From an uncultured Planctomycetaceae bacterium (lineage in GTDB: Bacteria; Planctomycetota; Planctomycetia; Pirellulales; Thermoguttaceae): DNA of 64,000 nt. This document shows positions 34,774-45,303 of the stretch, piece after piece. Positions within the stretch are counted from its first letter, which is position 1. Each line of letters starts with the position of its first letter. The stretch is taken from NCBI GenBank assembly GCA_964354135.1, contig CAYGZA010000004.1, positions 1,078-65,077 on the forward strand, read 5' to 3'. The notes under the pieces are model-generated. The model saw only the letters and a list, made by a program, of their open reading frames with translations, was not told the DNA's origin and did not search any database. Both the position numbers and the translations under genes were made by a program.

Positions 34774-36324
34774 TCACGGCAGGCCCTCGGGCCCGGAACA
34801 CGTCCCGGCGACCGGCACGGCCACGCCGCCCAACGCCTCCAAGCGGCCTGCGGATACGATCTCCTCCTGAGATCCTGGGAGCGCTTCTTCCGCCCGCTCC
34901 TCCGAACGCTGCCACCGGATCAGCCCCAAGGACATGCCCAGAGGGATGAAGATCAAGAGCAATCCGGCCCGCAGGAGCCAGCTTGCCGGCCCGCTGCCGG
35001 GGATCAGCCAGCGGTCGGCTTCGAGGATCGCAAACGAGCAGGCAAGGCAAGCCAGGCTTCGGCCCCAGTGATAGGGAATCGGGTAGTTCCGCTGGCTGGC
35101 GGCGAACAGGTAGACCGTGCTCACGAGCCAGGCCGTCATGCTCGCCGCCGCTGCGCCGTCGCGGCCGAAAACGGGAATGAGCAAAAAGTTCAGACCGACG
35201 CTCACCCCCAGGCCGATCGCCACGGCCAGCGCCCGGGGCATCGACTTCTTGGCGATCGAGGATCCCAGCGCGGCGATGAATGCTGCGCCGTTGAAGAGAG
35301 CGCCGAAGACCAGGAAGGCCACGCACGACGCCGCGGGAGCGTACGTCGGCGGGGCCAAGATCCACACCAGGAAGGGAGCGAACAAGGCGGTCGCCGTGCC
35401 CAAGCCGCAACCCAAGAAGGCGTACAGATCCAGGACGCGGGCGTAGACGCGGCGCGACTCGGGCCGATGGAGGATCGAGAACGCGAAGGGCGCCCAGGCC
35501 TGCGTGAACGCCATGACGACCACGCCCACGCCTGCGGCGATCTTGACCGCAAGGGCGAAAAGCCCCACCTCCTCGTTGTCGCAGAAGGTCTTCAGGAAGA
35601 AGCGGTCGCCACAGCGCATGGCCCATAACCCCACCGCGGCCGGCACGAGCGGAAGGCCGAAGAGGAGCATGGTCTTCAGCCGGTGCCAGGAAAAGGCCCT
35701 CGGGCTGATCCACTTCCTCAACAGCAGGATCGCCAGCGAGCCCGCTGCGCCGAACACCGCCAGGCGGGCCGCGTAGAGACCCGGGAGCCCTTGGCGCCAC
35801 ACGACGATCGCAAGGATCACCAGGAGCACGGTGCCCAAGGCCATGCCGCTGGCGTAAGCGACCGCGGCCCAAGCGCGGCGCTGATACCGGAGCCAGTTGC
35901 CGAAGATCCGCTGCACCGCTTGAAACGGCAGCATGGCCGCCGTCAGCCCCACCAGCATCGCATACTCGCTCGAGCCGGTGACCAACCACGAAACCACCGG
36001 GGCAAGGGCGATCAACATCGCCGCCAAAGCCACGCTCACCGAAAGCTGGCACCAGAACCACGAGCCGATCGTGGTGCGGCGATCCGCCGGGTCTTCCGAG
36101 TCGTAGAACCAGCGGGCCGAGGCTTCGTCCAAACCCAAGACGGCGAACATGGTCAACAAGAGGAACACCACGTCGACCAGCTCGATGACGCCGTACTCCG
36201 CGGGCGTGAATACCCGGGTGATCAGCGGCGTGAGAATCAGCCAGATCACCACGGTGATCGTCCCGGAGATCCCGTAGATCATCGATTCGCCGGCAAGCTG
36301 TCTGAGGTGCTTACCGACCCGCAC
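34774..36324 (-). CDS. Wzx-type oligosaccharide flippase (polysaccharide biosynthesis protein, MOP superfamily)
   Basis: I trimmed track ORF 34774..36507 to GTG 36324, which overlaps the upstream stop by 14 nt. An ATG alternative is at MIYGISG. About 12-14 predicted TM helices. TPAEYGVIELV near the N-terminus. Confidence 0.75.
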   Translation of the reverse strand: MRVGKHLRQLAGESMIYGISGTITVVIWLILTPLITRVFTPAEYGVIELVDVVFLLLTMFAVLGLDEASARWFYDSEDPADRRTTIGSWFWCQLSVSVALAAMLIALAPVVSWLVTGSSEYAMLVGLTAAMLPFQAVQRIFGNWLRYQRRAWAAVAYASGMALGTVLLVILAIVVWRQGLPGLYAARLAVFGAAGSLAILLLRKWISPRAFSWHRLKTMLLFGLPLVPAAVGLWAMRCGDRFFLKTFCDNEEVGLFALAVKIAAGVGVVVMAFTQAWAPFAFSILHRPESRRVYARVLDLYAFLGCGLGTATALFAPFLVWILAPPTYAPAASCVAFLVFGALFNGAAFIAALGSSIAKKSMPRALAVAIGLGVSVGLNFLLIPVFGRDGAAAASMTAWLVSTVYLFAASQRNYPIPYHWGRSLACLACSFAILEADRWLIPGSGPASWLLRAGLLLIFIPLGMSLGLIRWQRSEERAEEALPGSQEEIVSAGRLEALGGVAVPVAGTCSGPEGLP

Positions 36325-37399
36325 GGCTCTCCTCCGCCTCACGTTTCGCGAGGAGTTCTTCGTAGATGGCCACCAGGTCGCGGGCGACTTTGTGGGCGTC
36401 GTGGTACTTTTCGACGTAGGCCCGGGATTGACGGCCCAATTCGTGCCGCCGAGGCCCGTCCGCCAGGAGCCCTCGAAGGACCTCGGCCAGGTTCTCTTGA
36501 TCGGCATTCACCAGGGGGCACTCGGGCACGTGCAGCGCCGCGAGCGAGGGTTTCAGGTAGCCGACCGCGGGTTTTCCCATCGCCATCGCCTGCACCGCCG
36601 CCACGCCGTAGTCCCCGGCGACGAACTGGTCCAGGAACACGTCGCACTGCCCGACCAGAGCCATGGCCTCCGGCTGCGGAACTCCACAGATCAGCCGGAA
36701 CTCAAGACGGTGTGTTGCCCGGAGCTTCTCCACCGCCGCCAAGACGGCCTGCGTTCCCTTCTTCATCTTGTCCGTCGCCGAATGGACGATCAGCGGCAGG
36801 CGATTGCCCGGGTCGGGATAGTGCGGCTCGATCTGCTTCACGAGCACCCGCTGCACGGTGTAGTAGGGGGCCGGGAACACGTCGCGCTGCACGTAGGGTC
36901 TCAATTCCATGCCGGGGATCAGGCAGGAAAAACCGTAGTGCGAGAAACGTTCCTGGGTTCTGCGCGCCGAACGCCGGCCGCGGCGGACAAACTCGGGATG
37001 TTCGCGGTAGACCTGCGCCATGTAGGGGTTGTCGACGCAGGCAATCTCGGCAATGCGGATGTCCGTCCCCCAGAATTCGACGATCCGCGGTTTCCCCAGT
37101 TTGGCCGCGTAGCGCAGCTCCAAGTCCCAGGGTACCGGCGACCAGTCCGAGTGCCAATGGATCACGTCGGCCCAGCGCATGGCCCGCTTGACCTTGCGAA
37201 GCCAGACCGCCGCACGGATCACCCCGCGCAACGGGCGCTTCCTGAGCGACGGCACCTCGTACACTTCGACGCCCGTCGCGTCGCACGAACGGATGTTGCC
37301 GCACAGCAACCCGCGGGCCTCGATGCCCAGGTCGCAAAGCGCACGCACGGTGATGCTCAGTTGCGAGGCCAGGTTCGACGGCAGGTGAAGGACTTTCAT
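36311..37399 (-). CDS. glycosyltransferase (GT-B, GT4-like)
   Basis: Trimmed to ATG 37399 (MKVLHLPSN...). The C-terminal half has LIVHSATDKMKKGT...CDVFLDQFVAGDYGVAAVQAMAMGKPAV. Confidence 0.7.
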   Translation of the reverse strand: MKVLHLPSNLASQLSITVRALCDLGIEARGLLCGNIRSCDATGVEVYEVPSLRKRPLRGVIRAAVWLRKVKRAMRWADVIHWHSDWSPVPWDLELRYAAKLGKPRIVEFWGTDIRIAEIACVDNPYMAQVYREHPEFVRRGRRSARRTQERFSHYGFSCLIPGMELRPYVQRDVFPAPYYTVQRVLVKQIEPHYPDPGNRLPLIVHSATDKMKKGTQAVLAAVEKLRATHRLEFRLICGVPQPEAMALVGQCDVFLDQFVAGDYGVAAVQAMAMGKPAVGYLKPSLAALHVPECPLVNADQENLAEVLRGLLADGPRRHELGRQSRAYVEKYHDAHKVARDLVAIYEELLAKREAEESRAGR

Positions 37400-37692
37400 C
37401 CCGTCGCCGGCTCCGGTCTCCGCCGGTACGAGACGCCGAGGACATCGTGGCAACATAGGGTGATCTTCCCATCGGCAAGCACCCCGACATAGGCCCAAGG
37501 CGCCGAACAGGACTCGACCCTGGTCAAATTGACGACAATCTGGGGGCGCACGGCGCCTCGGCGCCTGCGCGCCTCCACAAGAGACATCGTGTTCTCCACG
37601 ACTTTGTCGTACCTCGAACCCACCCTGATTCTCTCATGCGAGGTCTTGAATCCATCCAAGCTGATGCTGACGGTTCGAACCGCACCAACCAT
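37396..37692 (-). CDS. 98-aa ORF resembling the C-terminal remnant of a radical-SAM/SPASM-type protein; no CxxxCxxC core
   Basis: MVGAVRTVSISLDGFKTSHERIRVGSRYDKVVENTMSLVEA...VVNLTRVESCSAPWAYVGVLADGKITLCCHD. The ATG shares 1 nt with the upstream stop (TGATG) and the stop overlaps the downstream ATG (ATGA). G+C is locally lower by eye. Confidence 0.45.
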   Translation of the reverse strand: MVGAVRTVSISLDGFKTSHERIRVGSRYDKVVENTMSLVEARRRRGAVRPQIVVNLTRVESCSAPWAYVGVLADGKITLCCHDVLGVSYRRRPEPATG

Positions 37693-38924
37693 CAGCAGAC
37701 GGTGCTCCCGGCCGCATCGCGGACGGCACGCACAACGCCGCCGATTTCCGCGGAGACCATATTGGGGAACATCGGCAGGGCGAAGGCGAGTTTCGCGGCC
37801 AGGTGGGCGTTGGGGAACAGCTCGCGCGGGTTGCCGTCGCCGGCGCATTGGCGGAAGACCGGCAACTCCGGCAGAAACTGCGCGGCGTCGGAAACGGCAA
37901 TCCCGTGCCGGGCGACCTCGGACCGGAACGCCTGGGCCGACGTCGCGGCCCGCTCCAACGCGGCCGGATCGGCCGACAGGGCCTCCAGGGGCTCCGGCCG
38001 CCATGCGCCGACGAATGCCTGGTACACGTCTTCTTCCGGGTTCTCCGCCGCAGCCGGCAGATAGAGGCCGGCCACGTCCGAAAACGCCTCGCGGTAGCGG
38101 GCCGCGATCTGCCGGCGCCGGGCGATAAACTCCGGAAGCTTCCCGAGTTGAACAATACCCAGGGCGGCCTGGATATCGGTCAGCTTCATGTTGAATGCCA
38201 ACCGCTGGAAACCCTGCAACCGGCCGACGTTCTCTTGAAAGCGGTCCCAGGCGCTCGCCGCGGCGCCGTAGCCGCGGTCCGTCTCCACGAAGGCGGCGAT
38301 TGCCGGGTCATCGCTACAGACCGCGCCGCCCTCGCCCGTCGTGATCATCTTGCGGGGATGGAAACTGAAGCATCCCGCGGCCCCGAACGTCCCTGCACAG
38401 CGCCCCGCCTGCTTGGCGCCGAGGGCGAGAGCCGCGTCTTCGATCAGGGCGATGCCCCGTGCTTCGCACTGCCGGGCGAAGGTTCCCGCGTCGGCCATCC
38501 GTCCGAACAGGTGTACCAGGATGACCGCCTTGGTATCCGGCCGCAGGACCCGTTCCACCTCGGCCCACGTCGCGTTGAACGTCGCCGGCGAGATATCTGC
38601 GAACACGGCCCTTGCGCCCAGGGCCAGAACGGGCAAGGCGCTGGCGGCACAGGTGAACGCCGGCACCACGACCGAGTCGCCCGGGCCCACTGCGATCGCT
38701 TTGAGCGCAAGCATCAGCGCCGAGGTTCCCGAGTTCACGGCGCGGACGTGCTTCGAGCCGAGGTAGCCGGCCAGGGCGTTCTCGAACTGGAGCACCTGAG
38801 GCCCTTGGGAAACCCAGCCGCTGCGCAGCACCGCGCAAAGGGCCTCCTCCTCCTCAACGCCCATTGCCGGCCGAGTGAGAGGCACCCTTCCCGTTCCCGG
38901 AGGCGACATGAGAACCCTCGGCAT
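37692..38924 (-). CDS. DegT/DnrJ/EryC1/StrS-family PLP-dependent sugar aminotransferase (copy 1)
   Basis: GWVSQGPQVLQFE, AVNSGTSALMLAL, CFSFHPRKMITTGEGG (PLP lysine). ATG 38924 is preferred over TTG 38927. Confidence 0.85.
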   Translation of the reverse strand: MPRVLMSPPGTGRVPLTRPAMGVEEEEALCAVLRSGWVSQGPQVLQFENALAGYLGSKHVRAVNSGTSALMLALKAIAVGPGDSVVVPAFTCAASALPVLALGARAVFADISPATFNATWAEVERVLRPDTKAVILVHLFGRMADAGTFARQCEARGIALIEDAALALGAKQAGRCAGTFGAAGCFSFHPRKMITTGEGGAVCSDDPAIAAFVETDRGYGAAASAWDRFQENVGRLQGFQRLAFNMKLTDIQAALGIVQLGKLPEFIARRRQIAARYREAFSDVAGLYLPAAAENPEEDVYQAFVGAWRPEPLEALSADPAALERAATSAQAFRSEVARHGIAVSDAAQFLPELPVFRQCAGDGNPRELFPNAHLAAKLAFALPMFPNMVSAEIGGVVRAVRDAAGSTVC

Positions 38925-39676
38925 CAAGTCTTGCTAAAGACCCAGAGCTTCAGCCGCGCAAAGCGTGCGCCGAAGCCGATGAGATCGGCGACCTCGCGCG
39001 TTGCCGCCTTCCGGTTGAAGTCGTCTTTCCAGTCGGGATCGGGCTCGAAAACGGGCCGGATTCCCCGGGTGAGAAAGTAGTAGGTGCCCAGCCCGTCCTC
39101 CTCTACCAGCCGGCAGCCCAACGATTCCATGAAACCCAGAAGCGAATCGTTGTCGAAGAAGAGATTGTTCCACCGGACGGGGATCGGATTGAGCCCCCAC
39201 AGCGTCCGCACGCCATTGAGCGCATCCGTCTCGTTCTGGCAGCCCTCGGACACGAAGAGCTTTCCTTGAGGCTTCAGATGCGCCACCAAGACTCTCAGGA
39301 CCCGCTGCTGCAGGCTCCATTCCGTGATGTTGATCAGAAACCGCTGTGTAACGACGACGTCGTAGTCTTGATCGAGGGGGTTCTTGTCCAAGAAGTCGAC
39401 TTGCTTGAGGAGGACGTTGCCGCGTCCGGCGAGACGCTGTGCGGCCTTCTTCAGCCGCGTGGCGGAGAAGTCCGCCGCGTGAACGGTGACTCCGGGAACC
39501 TGCGCGTACTCGAGGGTGCCTTCCCCTTCGCCGCAACCCGCATCCAGCACGAGGGAATTGGGGGGAATCCGCCGCCGGATCAAGTCGATCTCCGCACTCA
39601 GCAAATGCTTGTCCACCATGGATTCCACGTCGTCCTGCTCGTAGAACTCAAGTATTTTCGCGCGGTCGTACGGCAT
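38924..39676 (-). CDS. class I SAM-dependent methyltransferase
   Basis: 250-aa ORF. VLDAGCGEGEGTLEYA (motif I) and YDVVVTQRFLINI. Confidence 0.8.
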   Translation of the reverse strand: MPYDRAKILEFYEQDDVESMVDKHLLSAEIDLIRRRIPPNSLVLDAGCGEGEGTLEYAQVPGVTVHAADFSATRLKKAAQRLAGRGNVLLKQVDFLDKNPLDQDYDVVVTQRFLINITEWSLQQRVLRVLVAHLKPQGKLFVSEGCQNETDALNGVRTLWGLNPIPVRWNNLFFDNDSLLGFMESLGCRLVEEDGLGTYYFLTRGIRPVFEPDPDWKDDFNRKAATREVADLIGFGARFARLKLWVFSKT

Positions 39677-39682
39677 GGGTCG

Positions 39683-40828
39683 TTAGCTCCTGAAACTGGG
39701 CCCGGTCGAGGACATCTCGCCCGCCACGTGCCGGGCGCACCGTCTCATATCCTCCTGTTGCATAAGAGAGTGCAGGGGCAGGGCGAGGCCGTGCGAGTGC
39801 AGGCGGGCGGAGCAAGGCAGGTCGGATGGCCGGTAGCCGAAGCGGCCGCGGTAGACGGCGCCGCAGTGGCCGGCCACCGAGCCGGGGCCCGCTTCGATCT
39901 CTTCCCGGGCAAGCCTGGATATGACCTCGGCGCGGCTCGAGCACTCGTCGAGCACGACCATGAAGGTCTGCCAGGTGTGTTCGGGATGGTGTTCCGGCAG
40001 GGCGAGGGCGGGGCACGGGGCCAGCGCGTCCAGGTAAACCGCGGCGAGCTGGCGGCGCCGGGCAAGGATTCCGGGAAACTTCTCCAGTTGCACGCGGCCA
40101 ATGGCGGCCTGGATCTCGGTCATGCGGTAGTTCAGGCCGGCGAACTGGAAGTCGCGGTGGCCGTTGACCGCGACCTGACCGTGGTTCCGCAAGGAGCGGC
40201 AGCGATCGGCCAGGTCGCCGTCGTCGGTGACGATGGCCCCGCCTTCGCCCGTGGTGATCGCCTTTCTCGGGTGGAAGCTGAAAATGCCCATCCGGCCGAA
40301 GGTTCCCACGGGCCGGCCGCGATAGGCGGCGCCCAGGGCGCAGGCCGCATCTTCGATGACCTCCAAGTCATGCTCTTTTGCGATCGCGAGCAACTCTTCC
40401 ATCGCGGCGGCCAGGCCGAACATGTGGACCGGCACCGCGGCGCGCGGCTTCCCCCACCCGGACGCCAAGCACTGCTCGATGCGGACCCGCAGGTCGGCCG
40501 GGTCGATGTTGTAGGTCCGCGGCAGCACGTCGACGAAGACGGGGCGCGCCCCGACGGCCATGGCCGTGTTGGCCGCCGAAGGCCACGCGAAGCTGGGCAC
40601 AAAGACCGCGTCGCCCTGCCCAATGCCCAAAGCGAGGTAACCGACGTGCAAAGCGGCCGTGCCCGAGGAAACCGCGATGCAGTGGCGGCTCTGGTGGAGC
40701 TCGGCGATGGCCTTTTCGAAGGCCTCGACTTCGGGCCCCTGGACGACCCAGCCGCTTTGAAGGACGCGGCGGACGGCTTCGACCTCGCGGTCGTCGAAAT
40801 CGGGTTTGGCCAGCGGAATCCGCGTCAT
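39683..40828 (-). CDS. DegT-family PLP-dependent sugar aminotransferase (copy 2)
   Basis: I trimmed track ORF 39683..41593 to ATG 40828 ([34 protein letters not shown]...). [20 protein letters not shown] overlap with the upstream gene. Confidence 0.85.
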   Translation of the reverse strand: MTRIPLAKPDFDDREVEAVRRVLQSGWVVQGPEVEAFEKAIAELHQSRHCIAVSSGTAALHVGYLALGIGQGDAVFVPSFAWPSAANTAMAVGARPVFVDVLPRTYNIDPADLRVRIEQCLASGWGKPRAAVPVHMFGLAAAMEELLAIAKEHDLEVIEDAACALGAAYRGRPVGTFGRMGIFSFHPRKAITTGEGGAIVTDDGDLADRCRSLRNHGQVAVNGHRDFQFAGLNYRMTEIQAAIGRVQLEKFPGILARRRQLAAVYLDALAPCPALALPEHHPEHTWQTFMVVLDECSSRAEVISRLAREEIEAGPGSVAGHCGAVYRGRFGYRPSDLPCSARLHSHGLALPLHSLMQQEDMRRCARHVAGEMSSTGPSFRS

Positions 40829-41796
40829 GCGAGGGCCTCGGCCTCCCGGTAAAACTCCGCGGTGCGGCGGATCCCTTCTTCCAGGTCGATCTCGGCCTCG
40901 AAGCCGATCTTTTCCCGGGCCTTGTCCACGCTGGGGACGCGCAGCTCCACGTCGGCATAGTCCTTGCGCGTGAAGCGGATTTGAGAATGACTCCCGAGGA
41001 CGCGCACGACAGTCTGGGCCAGCCCGTAGATGGTGATCACCGCGCGGGCATTGCCGATGTTGAATGCCTCGCCGACGGCGTTGGGGTGGACCATGGCCAG
41101 GAGCAACCCGCCGATGAAGTCGTCGACGTAGCACCAGGCGCGGATCTGGTTTCCGTCGCCGTGGATCTGGATCTCCTCGTCGCGCAGGGCGCGGAGCACG
41201 AAGGTTCTCAGGGCCCCCTCGCCCACCTGGCCCGGTCCGTAGATATTGAACGGGCGGAGCGTGACCGTGGGCATGCTGAATTCTTCGTGGTACGCCTTGG
41301 TCAAATGCTCGCCGGCGAGCTTGCTGACGGCGTAAGTCCAGCGGGCCTCGCCCACCGCGCCGATGTGCGTCGTCTGATTCTCCTCGGCCCGGAATGCCGT
41401 GGAACCGAAGACTTCGCTGGTGGAGAAATCGACGAATCGTTCCATCGCGGACAATCCCTTGGCCGCTTCCAGCGCGTTGGCAGTCCCGATCATGTTCACG
41501 CGCATCGTCTCGGTCGGCCGCTTGATGACCGTGTCGATGCCGGCAATCGCCGCGCAGTGGATCACAATCTGGGCGCCCGCCATCGCGTCGCAAAGCGACG
41601 GGAAATCGAGGACGTCCCCCCGGATCGCCCGTAAGTTAGGATGGCTCGCATAGGGTTTGTTGCTGAGTGCGTCCCGGCGAAAATCGTCGTAGACGGTGAT
41701 CCGGTTTTTGTCGATCAGGCGGCCGATCAGCGTGGAGCCGATGAACCCGGCGCCGCCCGTAATAAAGATTTGTCGGTCGGTAATGTAGGGTATCAT
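40825..41796 (-). CDS. NAD-dependent sugar epimerase/dehydratase (extended SDR)
   Basis: [12 protein letters not shown] (GxxGxxG), STSEVFG, YAVSK (YxxxK). Confidence 0.85.
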   Translation of the reverse strand: MIPYITDRQIFITGGAGFIGSTLIGRLIDKNRITVYDDFRRDALSNKPYASHPNLRAIRGDVLDFPSLCDAMAGAQIVIHCAAIAGIDTVIKRPTETMRVNMIGTANALEAAKGLSAMERFVDFSTSEVFGSTAFRAEENQTTHIGAVGEARWTYAVSKLAGEHLTKAYHEEFSMPTVTLRPFNIYGPGQVGEGALRTFVLRALRDEEIQIHGDGNQIRAWCYVDDFIGGLLLAMVHPNAVGEAFNIGNARAVITIYGLAQTVVRVLGSHSQIRFTRKDYADVELRVPSVDKAREKIGFEAEIDLEEGIRRTAEFYREAEALA

Positions 41797-41804
41797 CTCG
41801 AAAC

Positions 41805-42929
41805 TCAGCTCAAGAAGCGACCAGTGCAGTCCACGACGTACGCGATCTGCTCTTCGGTCAGTTCCGGGTAGATTGGCAGGGCCACGGTGTCGCGTGCTGC
41901 GGCCTCGCTCAACGGGCAGTCGCCCTCACGACATCCAAGGTAGCGGAAGCACTCCTGGAGGTGCAGCGGGACCGGGTAGTAGATCTCCGTTCCGATGCCC
42001 TGTTCCGTCAGATACTTGCGCAACTCGTCGCGTCGCGGCACGGCGATCACAAACTGGTTGTAGATGTGGCGGCGCTGCGGGGCCACCTCGGGGAGCACGA
42101 CGAAGCCGCTCTCCACAAGGCCCGCCTCCGCGAACAGGCGGCGGTACCGCTCGGCGTTGGCTTGTCGCCCGGCGGTCCACTCGTCCAGGTGCGGGAGCTT
42201 GGCACTGACGACCGCGGCCTGGAGTGCGTCGAGGCGGAAGTTCCCGCCGATCACCTTGTGGTAATACTTCGGCTGGGAGCCGTGGACGCGGAAGACCTTG
42301 AGCTTCTCGGCCCGCTGGGGATCCTGGACAACCACCATCCCGCCGTCTCCGGCGCCCCCGAGGTTCTTCGAGGGGAAGAAGCTGAAACAGCCGTAGTGGC
42401 CTATCGAGCCGGCGCGGCGACCCCTGTATTCGGCGCCGATCGCCTGGGCGGCATCCTCAATCACCACCAGCCCGTGACGCTGGGCGATCTCGAGGATCGG
42501 GTCCATGTCGGCACATTGGCCGAACAGGTGGACCGGAATGATGGCCTTCGTGTGCCTCGTGACGTGGCCTTCGATGAGCGAGGGAGCGATGTTGTACGTT
42601 TTCGGGCAGATATCCACGAAGACCGGCGTGGCCCCGACCCGGGCGATCGAGCCGGCCGTGGCGAAGAAAGTGTGCGGCGTGGTGATCACCTCGTCGCCCG
42701 GGCCGATCCCCTCGGCCATGAGGGCAATCAGCAGTGCGTCGGTGCCGGAGGAGACCCCGATCCCGAACCGGGCGCTGCAATACTCGGCGATCCGTTTTTC
42801 GCACTGATCGACCGCCGCGCCGAGGATGAACTGCTGGCTGTCGAAGACCGCCGCAACCGCAGCCGTGATCTCGGTTTTGATGCGGGCGTATTGGGCCTTC
42901 AGATCAAGAAGCGGCACTTTCATGGACAT
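41805..42929 (-). CDS. DegT-family PLP-dependent sugar aminotransferase (copy 3; WbpE/WecE/PglE-like)
   Basis: Trimmed to ATG 42929 (GGAGGAG upstream). [14 protein letters not shown]..., [30 protein letters not shown]. Confidence 0.85.
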   Translation of the reverse strand: MSMKVPLLDLKAQYARIKTEITAAVAAVFDSQQFILGAAVDQCEKRIAEYCSARFGIGVSSGTDALLIALMAEGIGPGDEVITTPHTFFATAGSIARVGATPVFVDICPKTYNIAPSLIEGHVTRHTKAIIPVHLFGQCADMDPILEIAQRHGLVVIEDAAQAIGAEYRGRRAGSIGHYGCFSFFPSKNLGGAGDGGMVVVQDPQRAEKLKVFRVHGSQPKYYHKVIGGNFRLDALQAAVVSAKLPHLDEWTAGRQANAERYRRLFAEAGLVESGFVVLPEVAPQRRHIYNQFVIAVPRRDELRKYLTEQGIGTEIYYPVPLHLQECFRYLGCREGDCPLSEAAARDTVALPIYPELTEEQIAYVVDCTGRFLS

Positions 42930-43337
42930 CGTGACTCCTCCGGTAGAAGACGTTTCCGACGGGCCTGACGTTTCCACGGCCGGCCACGCTCCGGAAGTTG
43001 GCGAACCTACGGCTCTCCGTAGTCTGGCCTGCCCCCGCGCGGACTCCGTTCCCGTGGGTGACACGCTTCGTGCAATCCTCGGGCCGAGCCGATTGGCCAC
43101 AGGCTACTGGTCCAATCTTCTTATGCCATAACGGTTTGCGTCGACTGGGACCAGTCCCGGCGGACGCGCGACGTTGCATCCGGTCAACATCCGTTGCTGC
43201 GGGGCGCTGCGTTGGGACCACCTTAGATTATGCGAAAATCCCAAGGCGTGCAGCAGGGGTGTAAGGAGGGGACAAATAGGAGAAATGGAGAGAACTTGAA
43301 CTAAACGCAGAACTCACTGGCTAGGGCTCGGACGCCT

Positions 43338-45032
43338 CTAAGCGCTGCCTACTTGAGGAAGATGCGGCGCGGCGGAACTCTCTCGCACCAGCCCGGCGCT
43401 CCGTTGATAGCTCCGGCCGCAGGAGGTGCACTGGGCCAGGCCGGAGGCATCGAAATCGAGCCGCTCGGCCGCGCAGCGGCAGATCCAGCCGATTTGCCGG
43501 GCCGGCACGCCGACAACGAGGGCATACGCGGGCACGTCGCGGGTCACCACGGCGCCGGCGGCCACGAAGGCGTACTCGCCGACCGTGTAGCCGCAGACGA
43601 TGGTCGAGTTGGCGCCCAGCGTGGCGCCCCGCTTGACCAACGTCGGCTTATACTCGCTCTTGCGGACGATCTCGCTCCGCGGATTGATGACGTTGGTGAA
43701 GACCATCGAGGGACCGCAGAACACGCCGTCCTCCAGGACCACGCCGTCGTAGACCGAGACGTTGTTTTGGATCTTCACGCCGTCGCCGATCACCGCCGTG
43801 GAGGCGATCACCACATTTTGTCCGATGACGCTGTTGCCGCCGATCTTGGCGCCTTTCATCACGTGGGCGAAGTGCCAGATCTTGGTCCCCGGGCCGATCG
43901 AGCAGGGCTGGTCGACGTAGGCGCTTTCATGGACGAAGTAGTCCGGCTTCCCCGGAGGGGCGAGGGACGAGGGGCGAGGGGCGAGGGCCGGGAAAGCCGC
44001 CTCGCGCCCCGGGTGGTCAGGTTCTCTGGAAGCGACGTCATGGGCCGGCAAGGAGAGCCTGGACGGACCGGGACGTTCCAGCGACTTCTCGCAGAGGTCC
44101 AGCACGCGGAGGACGCGGAGGCCCTCGCGGCCGTCGCTGACGGGCGTCTTGCGCTCGGCGACGCACTGGAGGAAATGGCGGCACTCTTCCTTGAGCGGCT
44201 CGGCCTTCTCGAGCTCGACCGCGACCGGCTCCGCCTTGACCGCCTTGGGGACGCGGCTGGCCCAATCGACCCGGTGCGGATACAAGAGCAGCTTGTTCTC
44301 CGCCATGTCGTCGAAGACGGCCATCTTCGCCGAGCCGACTACCACCAGCCGCTGTTCCTTGACCGGATGGAGCCAACTCACGAAGATGTGCCCGGTCACT
44401 CCGCTCTTGAAGTGGAGCCGGCTAAGGGTGACGTCGACCACGCCCGGCGTGAGGTAGCTTTGCCCTTCGGCCTCGGCGGCGGTCGGCTCCTCGCCCAAGA
44501 GGTGCAGGATCACGGAGATGTCGTGCGGGGCGAAGCTCCAGAGGATGTTCTCCTCGGTGCGGATAAGCCCCATGTTGAGGCGGTTCGAGTAGCAGTACAG
44601 GACGCGTCCCAGCTCGCCGGCGTCGATCAGTTGGCGGAGCTTCCTCACCGCCGGATGGTAGAGGAGGATGTGGCCGACCATGAGAACCAGGGACCGCTCC
44701 TGTGCCATGTCGACCAGCGTGCGGCCCTGCTCGGCAGTCAGGGCCAGGGGTTTCTCGACGAACACGTCCTTGCCGGCCTTGAGGCACTCGGAGACGATTT
44801 CGTGGTGCGTGGCGGCCGGAGTGGCGATGGCCACGGCCCGGATCTCCGGATTCTCCAAGACCTGGTGGAGGCTGCCGGCAAGCGCCGGCGGATCGCCCCG
44901 AAAGGTGAGGGCCTCAAACCGCGAGACCTCCGCGTCGCAGACGCACCGCAGGGCCCCCAGCTCGGAAAAGACGCGGACCAGGTTCTTACCCCAGTATCCG
45001 CACCCGATGACGGCGATGTTGGGACTGTTCAT
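43338..45032 (-). CDS. fusion protein: N-terminal Gfo/Idh/MocA NAD(P) oxidoreductase (WbpB/GnnA-like) plus C-terminal left-handed beta-helix N-acetyltransferase (WbpD/PglD-like) with a Cys4 tail
   Basis: 564-aa [15 protein letters not shown] Rossmann start. A Pro/Ala/Ser linker (residues about 325-360). Hexapeptide repeats [31 protein letters not shown].... C-terminal CRC...CTSC. Confidence 0.8.
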   Translation of the reverse strand: MNSPNIAVIGCGYWGKNLVRVFSELGALRCVCDAEVSRFEALTFRGDPPALAGSLHQVLENPEIRAVAIATPAATHHEIVSECLKAGKDVFVEKPLALTAEQGRTLVDMAQERSLVLMVGHILLYHPAVRKLRQLIDAGELGRVLYCYSNRLNMGLIRTEENILWSFAPHDISVILHLLGEEPTAAEAEGQSYLTPGVVDVTLSRLHFKSGVTGHIFVSWLHPVKEQRLVVVGSAKMAVFDDMAENKLLLYPHRVDWASRVPKAVKAEPVAVELEKAEPLKEECRHFLQCVAERKTPVSDGREGLRVLRVLDLCEKSLERPGPSRLSLPAHDVASREPDHPGREAAFPALAPRPSSLAPPGKPDYFVHESAYVDQPCSIGPGTKIWHFAHVMKGAKIGGNSVIGQNVVIASTAVIGDGVKIQNNVSVYDGVVLEDGVFCGPSMVFTNVINPRSEIVRKSEYKPTLVKRGATLGANSTIVCGYTVGEYAFVAAGAVVTRDVPAYALVVGVPARQIGWICRCAAERLDFDASGLAQCTSCGRSYQRSAGLVRESSAAPHLPQVGSA

Positions 45033-45062
45033 GGCGATTTCAGGGGGGTTGGGGAGGAGCTA

Positions 45063-45081
45063 TCAGCTTTCGGCAGTGCGC
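45063..45081. repeat. heptad array TCAGC-tt-TCGGC-ag-TGCGC (degenerating copy)
   Basis: 7-nt period at 45063, 45070 and 45077. Lies 30-50 nt upstream of ATG 45032 on the minus strand. Confidence 0.5.
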
Positions 45082-45303
45082 CACGGCTTCGTCAGAAGCA
45101 GTGCCGGCGGCCAGCGGCGCGCACTCCGTGCTCCTGGGTGGCAGCGAGCCACTTTTGCCGGCAGACCGCGGGCGTCTTTGCGGGCCGGTGGGCTCTGTTC
45201 CGACAAAGCACCAATAAGCAAGCATACGCCGAAAACGGCTGGCCGCAGGGCAGCAGGAAGGTGGCTGGTGTAGCTGCCTTACGGCGGGCTAAACCTGCCC
45301 CGA

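Noticed and set aside
37672-37681. GGTTCGAACC, a tRNA T-arm-like sequence.
   Set aside because: No acceptor, D or anticodon arms can be drawn around it, and it lies inside the 98-aa ORF.
40829-41593. Long upstream extensions of track ORFs: 39683..41593, 41805..43100, 34774..36507, 36311..37498, 23471..24685 and 8836..9324.
   Set aside because: The extensions overlap the preceding gene in another frame and are Arg/Gly/Pro-rich. Family-conserved N-termini begin at the internal starts, which also create ATGA/SD-type junctions.
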